Positions 10,145-24,100 of a stretch of 64,000 nt of DNA are shown one piece after another. The notes beneath the pieces are model-generated. The model saw only the letters and a program-made list of their open reading frames with translations. It did no database searches and was not told the DNA's origin. Position 1 is the first letter of the stretch. Each line of letters begins with the position of its first letter. The stretch lies in assembly GCA_044892525.1 (NCBI GenBank), contig CM097885.1, forward strand, positions 200,260,001 through 200,324,000, given 5' to 3'. The DNA is from Schmidtea polychroa. Its lineage: Eukaryota. The position numbers and the translations under genes were made by a program.

Positions 10145-10988
10145 TTGTATTATACAGTGAAGGTTCAATAATTTACGCCCAATATCATTTTCAAGAAGCT
10201 TGAGAAATCCTCTATCCTTGCCAACCATTGCAGGTGCGCCATCAGTAGTTACACAAAATTATTTTTTTTATATTTATATTTTTCCTATCAAAATGATTTA
10301 TGAATGAAGTAAGGAGATACTGTCCCTTTGTTCTCCCAGATAGTGGAATTAAGTTACATAATTCTTCGTGAACCTGATCTTTACCGCAATTCCATGCAAC
10401 ATCGTTTATATCGGGGCTTTCATCAGTAGCGACGCTTAAAGCCAAACAGCTTCTTATAATCCTGAATTCGGTTTTGTTGTAATATTTTCAGCCATTTCAG
10501 TTATTCTTCTTTCAATTGATCGTGCTGAAGCTGGCATTTCTCGAATTTTTGATAATAACGCATGTTGGTTAGGCAAATTGGTGAACAATTTTTCAGCACT
10601 CTGAATAAAGATTTCCTTTTCATATTCACCATCTGTAAATGGCTTTTCCTTGGCAGCTATACAGTGAGCAATTATGAAGCTGGATTTTGTCGCTTTTCAC
10701 TTCATTCCAGTTATTCCACAAAAGAATGATACTTGTTTCTTATAAACAAAAACAGCTCGCTTTATAGCTTCACATTTATCATTGTTGTTACTAAATGCGG
10801 ATGCATGTTTAGTTTGGAAATGTCTTTGTACACTTGACGTACGGCATACAACGCTTTCGCAACATATTACACATATAGCACGATCCTTTCCATATTCATT
10901 TATCCAAGAGTCTTGAAAACTTTCTTATTCTCCATTTTTTTAGAGTGCCATTGACAACTCCACCGCGTGCCATAAGTTGCCGACCCTG
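10145..10988 (-). mobile_element. hAT (Charlie/Buster-like) transposase 5' half plus terminus, decayed
   Basis: TDESPDINDVA...EELCNLIPLSGRTKG...TDGAPAMVGKDRGF...LHCIIQ; TIR CAGGGTCGGCAAC at 10988. Confidence 0.75.
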
Positions 10989-11505
10989 ATATAAATACTT
11001 TTATTAACAAAACCTACTTAGCACAGAGTTCTCAATAAAATGAAATTAACAATTATTGAATTGTGTCACTTGTGTTAATACAGATTTTTGAAAGCACTTC
11101 TTACCTTTTTTACTTATGTATTTTTGAAAATGCTTACTGAAATTAATGCATGTAATATATTCATTATTTTGAAGGTTACCTTTGGATAAATTCCTGCCCG
11201 TGATCTTTAGAAACTACACAAAATAATCAAACGTATATATGTGTGCGAAAACATTACGTAATGAGCATCTATCTACCTTTCAATAACTTTCTCAGTTTCA
11301 ATAACGTATAACAAACATTTGTCTTTGAATTTATCAAAAGAATGACGGTATTGTAAAGACCTTCAAAGGAAAATTCAAACTGTGACAAATGAAAACCATA
11401 AATTCTGTCTCTGTGCACTGGAGCGATTTTCAGTGACATTATCAACATGTATAAAAATACAAAAATTTGAATCTATACAATATATTTCCCCTATCATCCT
11501 ATGAT

Positions 11506-12156
11506 TTACAAATTCTTGTCAGTATACGAAAACGCATATATCGAAGACGGTGTTGATTGCTTCGGCCTTTTCATGCCGTCATCAACAAAATGTGGATTTG
11601 CAATCATGTGGCCAAGATTCAAACCGAGATGGGACGAGCTTGGCACTGAGGAATCACTGCTTAACAAGTCTATGTCCACATCAAATAGAAGTTGGTGACC
11701 CAACGGAGCATGCAGCTCAAACAAGCGATTTGTTAAAGCTTGCAAATCCGAAAAAATCGCAATGAGCAATTTAGAATTACGGATCGACTGGCCGGCCATG
11801 AGAAGTTCAAAAGCAGCAAGCAGTTGCGTATACATATTTTCAAGTGGTCCAGGGGTGTCTAAAAAAATTTCCGAAATTTATAATCTAAATGAAAATAATG
11901 TTTTACTATTAACCAATAAAGCTAATCCTGTTAAAATGGCCATTTCTGGCCGAGTTAATTTATGTTCAGCCGCTCTCTTGGCAAACTGCCACAATGGTTC
12001 AAGATGCTTGTGTTTGACAACAAATTGTGAATCTAAGAACCTACCACTTGGCAATTTCAGATGATCCTTTTCGACATCGTAGGTTAAGGCTGTGCACAAA
12101 CAAATGATATCCAAACAGCGGTTACTTACTAGAGAATTCTGCGCATTTAAATTCAG
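11506..12156 (-). CDS. THR: THR-like gene exons 6-7 (LBD helices 4-12 and C-terminal tail)
   Basis: LNLNAQNSLVSNRCLDIICLCTALTYDVEK...EMAILTGLALLVN|NTPGPLENMYTQLLAAF...SDLQAL; 48-bp intron 11859-11906. Confidence 0.88.
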
Positions 12157-15100
12157 CTAAAAATCAAGACAGAAGTTGAGATTATTTAGAGAAGTAGAGA
12201 TAAAATTTAATTATGGAATTAATTAAAATCCGATTGCAAAATTAATATAAATCCAAAACTCGAAATTTGAGTGTAAAAGATGAAAGATGAAGGTGGATGT
12301 CAAATGAAAACTTAAATTAGAATCTAATAATTTGTATTTTATGAGGGTTTGAAGACCGAACAATTACAAAAATACAAATATATTAATTAAATAATGAAAT
12401 TAACAGGGCAATGATTAAAGCATTAGAAATCACCACTAATACATTTTAAGATATATTTTGACAGTTTTCCTATCATCATCAGGTAGGACAGGGCTGTCCA
12501 ACCTCGGGAAACCAGAGGGCCGCAATGCAAAAAAAACTATTCGGGGGCCGCACACAATGCAAAGAATTTTTATCTAAAATAAATGGCTAAGGATAGCAAA
12601 ACGCCTGCCTGTACGGAAAATTTTGGACTCAACACCTTCAGTTGTTACTAATGTATACTCTGGCGCTTGTTTTGAATTCATTGGATATTTCTGTCTGCAC
12701 GGCCTGTCTTAGGACCGCACACCAAAATTAAAAAATGATATATGAATCACAGGCAATATATAAATTGGGTAGAGGGTTTACATATTACTTCTCGATGATC
12801 ATAAACATATACAACCTGTCGCGATTTATGAGTTGTACATTATATGGGCCATATACCAACTTATAAGCGGGTAGTAATTTGTGTCGTAAATATTTGGCCG
12901 AACAGTGTTTACTTATTTAGTAATATCGAGTAAATAAACAGAATAAAGAATGGTAAAAAAATTGTCCGCTAAGTATAGATTGAAGGAAAGTTTACAATCC
13001 GCGGCAATAACGCATTTAACATCTTTTTTTTACTGATGTCCTTCCGTATAACTTCACGACCAGTTGAGTTCGTTCGCAAAGAGAGACGCGAACGCCACGT
13101 GAAGTCTTCATTTGGAAGAAAAAAGTTTCATAACATTGTATTATATTTTAATATTAATATAAGTTTTTCGTAGCAATAAAAGTATTTACGTAAATAAGAT
13201 GGTATCAAATTATAGAGAAGTTCGCGGGCCACACAAAAGTACTTCCGCGGTTTGGACAGGTCTGAGGTAGGATATAAAAATCTATAACATCTTTATCATT
13301 AATTGATTATTAATGATTATTAGTTGATTCCGAAGAACACGAGGAGTCAGGATGGTTCTAGTACCAAATGGTAGCGAAAATATATATAAGATAAAATAAC
13401 CAATGAAAAAATTAAATTTTATTCGGTCACCTTCAGGATGAATGACATCAAAATATAATTTGTCTTTATTTCATTAAAAATTATGAAATCGAAAAATTTC
13501 ATATTGAAATTTCATAAAATTGTATGTTAAAATTCTAAAAAAAATTATGGACTTTTTTTATTTATTTAAAGCACATTTTACAGAAGCATATTAGACCAAG
13601 GGAGTAGTCAAAATATTTAACAGGAGTTTAGTGAATAAAGCGGTTAATTTGTCATTAATTCAGCCTATGAGATACTATGATCCAAACCCCAGCTGTGTGA
13701 AATATGATAGAATTCAAGAATGCTTACCACGAATATCTTACAGAAATAGTAACCAAGTCATTTTTATGAGTAATTCCGATGACCTAATCTGTCAAATTTA
13801 TTTCCAGAATTATCACGTCAAAAAAAATTTAATTATTTTTGATACAAATAAAAATTAATAAGCTTTCATTTGAGGTCCATGATGATGAACATTTCGGTGA
13901 CTGTTAGAATGTACGAATTGTCAAATTGTAGAATGTAAAAAATGAAATAAAATTTGTTTAAGCGAGCAATATTTGCTTACTTCCTTAATCCCTGGTATCA
14001 TTCTGGCAAAATTGGCTACTCGGTTCGTATATTCTCGAGTTAACATTTGACTTTGAATACTACTTGGAATCTGTTGAATTTCCTGTAATTAAAATATTGA
14101 TAGATTCACAAAGTAATGATTGTAAATGTATTGTAAAAATATATTTTCATTAAATCAATGTTTCATATTTAACACAAATTTTCGGTACAGCATTTTTCTA
14201 ATGTCAATTAAAAATGCAATGCCAAGGATTCAGTTTAATATAAAAAATCAATCTATAGTTGAAAACTAAATGAATATAAATGAATGCTATCAATTTGTAA
14301 CGGTAACTAAAAACATTAAGATTTTGTTTATAATGGAAAGTTTGTAGAAAGATTTATTGGGGTTAGTGCAAAAACCAAAAAAATATATATATAAAAGGAA
14401 GGCATAACAAATATTGGTAAAATCAATAAAAGTGCAAAATTAATTAAAACTTGCTAAATATCAATATTGAATCGGGTATAGTTGAACGCCAAATTGATAG
14501 ACGAGTCCAGGAATTATAATGAAAATTTAATAAGGAGTTCACAGAGAAAATTAAGGAGAAAAAACAAATTAATTAATCTGTAATGGAAAGCCCAAGCCCA
14601 TGGAAAATCCGATGCGCAGTGAGACCCAGTTGATCAGATATTCCGAGCACCAATCTAGAATAAACAAATTTAAAAAAATTTCGATACCCTCAAATGTTTA
14701 ACTAGGATTCACGGGAAATAACTAATTACAGTTCTATAGATAATTTCCCTTTCAGAAACAATATAATAAAAGAGCTCAGAAATAGACAAGCGGCCAGTTG
14801 GTCGAACAAAGAGAAGCTCAGAGAATCAGATTATCAGAGATTAGAGAACGAAATATCGTAATTGAAAAAAGTCTAATCCTCGTACCATAAAAGGTTATTG
14901 CCTCTCGGGTTATATACCCTAACGAGTAATATTTATATTGAGCGAAAGGTGCAAATATAGTGACAAATTGTAATTTGTTTGAAATTGAATAAAGTTATTC
15001 TGTGTTGGGTTTCGACTTATTTATTTGAATAAGAACACGAGGAGTCTGAGAGAACCGACTTGAAAAATAAAACACAACAAATTATTTATAATTACTGGTT

Positions 15101-18100
15101 CAAAATATGAATATTTGATTAAGGCAATCATGGGTTTTATATCGGATTTCTAATAACCCGTAAAGTTTGATTCACTAATAACTATTTTTACATTTCACCC
15201 CGATCACATTGATTATAAACCTGATGTGTGTATTTCCTTGAGGCTGTGTATCGTCTACTTTATATGTTGTTTCAATCTATGGTCTTATTAATATTTATAT
15301 GAAAATTATTGAATTAAAAAAGAGATCAAGGGTGAAATATATATTTAAATAATTAAATATGATAAATAAATTTGAACATTCTTTTTAGCTATTTAAGAAG
15401 GTATTAATAGTTATTATGAATTTGGTTTGGTTTGGTAAAAGTGAAAGGTAAATCATAGAGAGAAATAACAAACTATTTCAATCAATCAACGAAGAAAAAC
15501 AGTTGCGAAGAAATTTGAAAGTAGAACTTCTATTGCTTCAATATCAACAATTATATATGAAAGAGTTATGTGATCAGACGAAGTAGAATTATAAGCCTAT
15601 GATTGCGATTAAATATATGGGTTAGAATGGAAATGTTATACGTTATATACCAATGGACGCATAAAAATTCGTTTTCTGAGGTCTTTAGTATTTTATAATT
15701 AGTTATTAGAAAATAATCTGGTAACAGTAATAATTTGATAAAGTAATTTATTTAGTTTTAGCGAACCAACCATCAATAGTCAAGATTCGGTTTCAGTGTG
15801 CCATGTACAAAATTCTTATATTTTTAACGATATACAAAAATACTAAACCAGACACCGAAGACAGAAACCAGCTAATTTGCGCAAAGACCACATTATAAAA
15901 AGAAATGCATTGATGCCCAAAATCAACATATTCAAATAACAAATTTAACTGCGATATGTAGATACCGTATTTCCCCGAAAATAAGACACTGTCTTACTTC
16001 AAATTTTCAGAAAAAAAGCTACCTAGGGCTTATTTTCGGGTCATATTTTCAAAACAAATTTATTACGTTTAAAAACTAGACATTTATTCAAATATAATCA
16101 TGTCATCCACCTCATTTACATCACCATCATTACTGTCAGTCGGGGTTACAATATTGCCCATCCGTGATTCAATTTCATCCAAGATCATCGGTCCAAATCT
16201 CGAATGCCTGGCAATATAGCTATCTTCAAACGAGCAATTTTTATCCAAGTATCCTGCTCTTAGTGCGTTACCAATAGGACGTATCCGTGATTGCATTCCA
16301 TGCTTTCGCGACCCAAGATACAACTTGTATTTTTGGCTTTACCAAATTCCCACGTTGATTTCGCTCCATTCTTTTCTCAATATACTCATTTATTTCTGCT
16401 CTGAGGTAATCTTTGAATTGTTTATTGATCGCAATGTCGAGTGTTTGAAGATATCCAGTCATTCCGGCAGGTATCATGATCTGATCAATTCTTCTCTCGA
16501 TTAGGAAGTTTTTAATACCTTGTGCACGGTGCGTGCTAGCCGAATCCCAAATGAGCATGCCTCTTTTCCCGCACCTTAAGACAACAGGTAGCATCAAATC
16601 CGTCCACCTTTTTATGACAGCTTGTGTGCACCACTCCTTTTCAGATTCAAGCACATAAATTCCGGAAATGCGTGACAGCTTATCGTTCTTGCCTTTCGTT
16701 ATGATGAGAGGAGGGATTTTACTTCCATTCAGTCGAATTCCCAAAATACAAGTCACGCGCATGCTTTCATAGCCAGTCGATGGGATGTAGATCGACGAAG
16801 CACCTCTTTTGTCAATTGTTGTTTGTGATTCCAAACCCATAAATACGGCTGTTTCATCCATGGCTATCACATTTGAGTGCTCATATCCCGAAAAATCTAT
16901 TTGGTCAACAAAATCTTTGTATACGATCGCCCGATTAATAATTTGCTCCTCTTCCAATTTGAAAAAAGTAGTGGATTTACGTAGAGAAAGTTCATATCGC
17001 CCAAGGAAACTGTCCAGCCAATGGTTTGACGCTTTGAACTCATCCGATGAAATATTAAATGGTGTTATCAGCGACAACGCAAATTTTTGAATATCAATCC
17101 TTCTAACAACCAATCCAGCGGATCTTCTTGCAGCAATCCATTCAAATACAGCATCCTCTAAATCGGGAAACAATGTTTGTCGACCCGATCCGAACTTACG
17201 TTTCTTTTCATTGCCATCGGCTGCTCTTTGAACAAGATTCGCATATTCTGCTCGCCATTTTCTAACCATTCGGAGATCTAGCTTATTATCTCTGCAAAAT
17301 ACCGTAAGATTTAGGCCATTTGACTCTTCAATAATGGCTTTCTTATATTCTATTGAATAACTTTTTCGATTCGCGCCCATTCGTGGGTTAAAAGTCAAAT
17401 TTATAAAATATTGATACTGATTAATAAATGCGTTGTAACAAACTAATTATATTGTTGATCATATAAATGCAATTTTTGTTGAAACAAAGTATCCACTGTG
17501 AAAAGTTTATCTATATCACATTATTTCATTTTAATGAAAAATAAATAACACACATTTCACATGCGTGACGCCTGTATACCATGCGAATCAAGATTTATGG
17601 TCTAATATCTTTATGTTTCGTTTATAGTGACTTATGAATGTGACTAACTTTTTTCAGTCAAAAAAAATTATTTTTTTTCGGGCATAACAACCTTATGACG
17701 TAAAATCGAAAGAAAGTGCCAGGGATAAATAAAAAAAAATATAAATTTTATAACAATATGCTAAAATGCAATTGCCCGAGCAATTCAATATGTTCGAACC
17801 TAAACTACACGTGAAGGAGGTGTATGTAAGACATCTGAATAGAACATGTATTAAAATACCTAAAAACCCATGTAAAACCGACACATGTGATTTTAAAATT
17901 ATGGTTATGATCATTGGATTGGGGATTGAATAACTAACAGATTTGCCAGTATTTGACACTTTAAAGCATATATTTATGGCTAATTTGAATTAAAATTACT
18001 ATTTTTTTCGTTATGTAAATAAGTAAACAGATCTTACAAGGTAGGTCTTATTTTCAGGGTAGGTCTTATATTTTTTGTGGGCGAATAATTCATGCTAGGT

Positions 18101-21100
18101 CTTATTTTCGAGGTAGGTCTTATTATAGGGGAAATACGGTATATTGGGAAATGATATAAATATATTTTATTTTTATTGACTGTCTCTGGGAAACAATTTC
18201 TCGTTCTTCAATACACCATAACATGTTTTTGTTAAAAATGTGAACATCAGAAATTAGAAAAAATGCCGAATTCGGTCGGTGGACCATGAACTATGCATTA
18301 CTGATGTTTCTACGATTTCATAATCTTCATTCAGTTTTCGACTATAAATCAATATTTTGTATTAAACACAAATTTCTATGACAATTATTCACATATCATA
18401 TATATTTTCATTTTTGTCATTTTTACTATATACCATCGTAATTATCGCACATTGTAATTGTTAATTTAATTAAGTAAATGATCAATTACATTTAAAATTA
18501 ATTATTTATTATAATTATTATGTAATTAAAAAGTTAATTGTAAGAAAATGAAAGAATTATCTGGAAAAAATAAGGCACAGTTAAAATATTAATGTATTTG
18601 CAGAACGTGCTGATTACAACTGTTAAGGTTTTCGTAGAGTATTCCATAAGCAGTCTGGTGGGTCAATTAGTCACTCAAACCGATGACTCTTCACAGATGA
18701 AGCTGTATAATGTTTTTCAATTACAATTAAAAGTTGAAACTACTCAATAATTGATGAGTAATATGTAATAATTATGATTTTTTTAAATGATTGCGTCCCT
18801 GCTGTAAAATTCTGCTAATGGAAAATAAATGATTCGCATCAAGTTCGTCTGGAATATTTTCTTTGCTATATATTTACCAGGAAAAAAATACTCTAAGAAT
18901 GATTACAAAAAATTAAAATGACTTCAATAAAAAAATCTTTGAAATGTCCGTGGATTTATATTTGATTTATTTAATTTTCTTTTTGCGGTATTTACAATTT
19001 TATTTATCTTTTCTTTATTATATAAAATTAATTGATGACTTTTATAATGGAAAAATAAGTCACTGGAAAAAGATTACGGTTGATGAAATTAGATGAAAGA
19101 CATTTTCGGTTTTATTAATTAATTACTTAAATAAACAAGCAATAAAAAATTATTAATAATAGTAATTGTGAGATAAAATGTTTATTTAATTTTAAATCAT
19201 TAAATATTTTTAAAAATTATTAAAAAAAAATTCAATTTATAAAAACTGTTGAACATTTATGTTGAGTATCATAGAAAATATTTGATATTTTGTCAAAATG
19301 AAAATAAATTATTAAAGGACTTATTTATACAGAACATTAAAACAAAATTTAACCAACATTTTCTTTCAGGGTGGAGCAACAAATACAATCAAACAATCAA
19401 CAAAAAAGTCTAACTGAAATTTTTTGTGAAGGTTGATTATGAATGGAATGATTGTGAAAAAAAGTAGAAGAGGATCGTATAATTATTACAAAAAAAGTAC
19501 TAATTGCCGATCAAAGCTGAAGATATATTTGAAAATCTAAAGACGATCATTGAGAAACTACATCCGAAGCTATTGTGTATAATTACAAAATAGGAAATAT
19601 GAATTTGTAATGTAGAATTATTACAGGAATTTTTGTAACAGAGTTTTAAATATTAGTTCCAAGTTATATTATGTAATATATGATAACTTTGTAGTCACAT
19701 TGAACATGACCTGAATATCAAATCGCATATGTATGTTGCATTTATGTTTACATTGCTCATAATTACATTATTTTAGATACTCCTCGACTAGAGTGATTCA
19801 TATAATTATTATATCAATAAATATTTGGTTTATTTGTTTACCATTAAAAAAATGTTATTTCAAGAAAAATATTTTAGTGTGAAATCCATAATTTGAAAAA
19901 AAATAATTAAAAAATGAAACAATTACAAAATAAATAGGAAATGCGATCATCAGTCTGCAGAAAATGAATTTCCATTAGAGAATTCTCGATTCATTACTCT
20001 CCTTTGTTTCAACATATTGTCATTTTATTATACATTTAAAATTATTTTCGTTTAATAAAAATTAATATTATTAACATTATTTTATCATTATTATTATTAT
20101 TATTATTATTACTATTTATTAGAAAGAGCTTGAAGACTATGAAAATCAGTAAATATATCGATGTTCTTAATATTCTCGAATTTTCGGCACTGCCTTGTGA
20201 ATATCAAAAACATCGATATATTTACTGGTTTATAAAAAAATCAGTGGTGAAATTGAAAAAATTATTATTATTATTATTATTATTATTAATACTATTGTGA
20301 TGTCAATTGAAAATGAAAAGAAATTAGAGGTGAAAATCAAAAGAAGTTCTTATAATACTATTACAATTAATTCTAATGATTTAAAAATTTTAATTTTTAA
20401 AATAACTTATCATTTTTTTTTAATTTTTCAAGTATAAATTAAAATTTAATTTTAGGCAACCTATAAGAAAGAGAACAGCTTTGATTTTTTCAATAAAGTT
20501 TTTCATTTCTGAATTGCAAAATCCCATGGCTTATTCAAACAGAGCCATTTATCTATCATTTTTTCTCAATGGAAATAAATATTTTAGGATTCAAATATTT
20601 CTAAATAGTGCTGCGAGGAATTCTAAAATATAAATTAAATTAATATTGTATGTTGTCTGTATGTATCCTTACTTAAGCATATTTTATTTTTATAGCAACT
20701 CCTCAAACAAATTATAATGTGATTTGTTTAAATTCTTTTGTGATAAAATAATAAAACGTATCGAAATATTGATTTTAAATGGATCCAATTAATATCAACA
20801 CTTCTGTGGCTAACATGGCGACCACAATAGCAAATTTTATGAAGACACCAGAAACATGAAAATTTTATGTAGAAAATTGAATTATCGAAATAGAAAGATT
20901 TTTTGACATATATTCTCGATGATTACAGAAGAAAACATATTTGAACTGGGAAAATTCAAATTCTTTTTATTATGTATTTTTAAAAATAGCATTTTGCCAA
21001 TCATATCAGTCTTTTTAATAGGTGAAAAATTTGGCAAATAGTTTCATTTTTGGATGCACTCGGTTATATTGAGAGTTAATTAAATGAAAAATATAATTGA

Positions 21101-24100
21101 AACAAAATCAATATTATCATTAAATTTTTTATTATTTTCAGAAATTAACGTATTTTTATTTTCAATATTCTTGATCTTCATTTCTTTTTAGGCTATAGAT
21201 CAATATTTGTATTTATTTAACACGAATTGTTGGTACTTGAAATAAATGTACAGAAAATGTTAGATATAAATATTGATGAAATGAATATTTAAAAAAAATT
21301 GCAAATCGCTATTATTCATTTTATATTTTTAGAACTGTTGCTTATTGCTTTAAAAATGCTGTAGAAGGGCTAGTCCTTCTGTCACTAACCAACAACTAAG
21401 TCAAACTCATTAATTTCGTAATATAGAATATTTACTACATAAACATGGAAAAATGATTTATTAATTAAATTTTCATTGAAAATTTATATTTTGAAATGCT
21501 AACAAAATTGATGGGTTGAATATGAATTACAACAAACTAAAAAATTTTATTGAAACAAACCCAATCTGTTATCTACATTACGGAAATCGCGTTTGCATAC
21601 AATATATGATTACATAATCCTAATCTATGACTCCGCAAGTGGAACTATAACAGTTTCTGTCAGCAATGATGTCGACTGATAAAAACAATACAAAACTTGA
21701 AAAAATATTACACACACATACACAGATTTGATAACAAGTTTTAATAATTAAACCAATCAAATCAAAATTAAAACAACCAATGATGATTGACAATAGCAAT
21801 ATTATACATCGGCAAAATGTCAGTTAGTCTATTTTTTAAGTCTTTATTTTCAATGATAATATTTATTTTATTTTAACTTATTAATATTTATCGAATTGTA
21901 CCATTAAATAATGGTTTTTCATAAATTATTAATTAATTACAAATTATTTATTAGCAAGTATATATATGATACCGATCTCTAAAATTATATACTTATGTAT
22001 AATGAGAAACTTTTTAAATTAAATCATTGTTAATAAAAAACATGATTTTTAAGTAGTGATTTAGTTGTGAAATTTATTTTCTATTGAAATCACGTAAAAT
22101 GAAAATTAAAGAGATATAATATATTATTTTTTTACAACACCTCAACGCATTATGCAATAATTTTTTGAGGAAGAGGTCATTAACATAGTTGGGTTGGTCA
22201 TATTATTTTAGTGCTGGGTCTCCTTATAAAACAAGTCAAACAAGGGCCCTAATTTTAGAAATAAATTTATTAAAAAATCAAAGTTGTGAAAATGGAGAGA
22301 GATTTATGTTTTTCCAGTAATGTTATATTGTATAAGTAAATAATACCTATTACATAATTTTCTATGTAATAATGTATCCCTGCAACCCTTTTTAAAGGTT
22401 CAAAATTAATACTAATTAATTATCAGTTATTACTTATTTTATATATATAAGTTTCCACGTTATTTATATAAAAACAGCTTTTTAGAAGATAATTATGCGT
22501 GTTGATTTATACATTCAAATAGTAAATTATAAAATTATCAATAACCTTCATTGATTATGGAAATATTATTTTGATTGGTAAAAATATTGGTGATATTCTA
22601 AAAGTGTAATCAACCAATCAGATTTTGAATTAACTAATTAGTTAAAATAATATTTTAGAAATTAATTATGGAAATTTCAATGTTTAATAATGTTTATAAA
22701 AATTAAAACCTGTAATTTCTTTCTTAACCCTTTCGCCAACGTATATATATATACATATATATATTTAATTTAAAATTAAAGACCGAGTCAGTTTATATAT
22801 GTTTTGAGTTAATCAAGCAAGGAAACCACAAAGATGTATTGTCTGCTCATCACATAACATAAGAAAAGATACTACATATGTGTCAGAAGTGTGATGCTGC
22901 TCTCTGTATCAATCAGTGCTTCGAAAATTTTCATACTAAGATGAATTATTGAAAATAAAATTTAATAAATTTTTGAAAAAGAACGCTGTTGCTAAAGGGT
23001 TAATAATAACCATAATATTTTCTCAAATAAATTTATTGAGTGTTAGTCTAACATTAAAAAGTTTATTGATTTTTTGTCATGGAATAAAAAAAAATTTTAT
23101 TTTCGATCGATGATAAAAAGAAAAGTTTTCAAGAATTCTATAAAATTGCAAAAAATCAAAATTTGACACTCAGTAATAATTAATTGAATCATAAAGGTTG
23201 GGTTTAAAAAGATTCCAAATGCACAAAATATTATTCAATCATAATAAACAAAATTTGTGATTTTGCGATAGACGAAAATGTTGTGAAGAATGTCTGAAAT
23301 GAAACCGTATGAGTGTGAGATTAGTTGAGAGTGTTACGAGACCTGTGGTGAATCAACTGTTGGATGCAGAATCATACATTCGATGAATAGATAAATATTG
23401 TTACATCACCAGCCATTTGGAAACTGCGACAGTGTGCAATGAAAACAGACAAATGATGAAATTTTACAATTTGACTGATGATATTATTTATTTTCAATTT
23501 CCAATCTGTAATTTCAATATTTTTACGGGCCTAATTCATGTTATCCATTGACATTTTTTTTTCATAAGAGTTATTTACAAATTTTTTTTACAACATAAGG
23601 AGGGACATGTTTCACATAGTCCGAAAACAAATATATATATATATATATATAAAAGATATCCTGAAAATTTTCCATTTACGATTATAATGACTTTTCTTCC
23701 AAATGTGACAGCTCTAATCCAGCCATTGAATCAATGAATTATTGAAACCTTTAAGACATTTTATAAAAAATTCAAAATTTCTTATAGAATTAGATTCAGT
23801 GGAAACTTAGGTACTTCCGTGTTATCTTACCCCCAAAAATTAAATTAAAAAAGAACACATAATTATTATATTTATTTTCTAAATCACAGTTACAAATTCA
23901 GCAAATGTGGCCAGAAAACCACAATGTCGTTGAGAATAGTGTCGAACACATCGGCACTGTTGCTTAGAACACGTTTGCGCCACATAAACTCACATAATCA
24001 CATAAATCACAGATAGCCTTAATAAATTCATGTTCAATAATGTTCAATAACGTCATCAATAATGTATTCTCTCATTTTTTATATTGTTATTTTAATTGTA

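Noticed and set aside
8681-10988. Chimeric hAT mobilised as a single unit
   Set aside because: The flanks atgacatt and atataaat do not form an 8-bp TSD.
18590-18710. Candidate missing THR helix-3 exon
   Set aside because: No clean splice sites or frame; the exon at 13981-14082 fits the motif and phase exactly.
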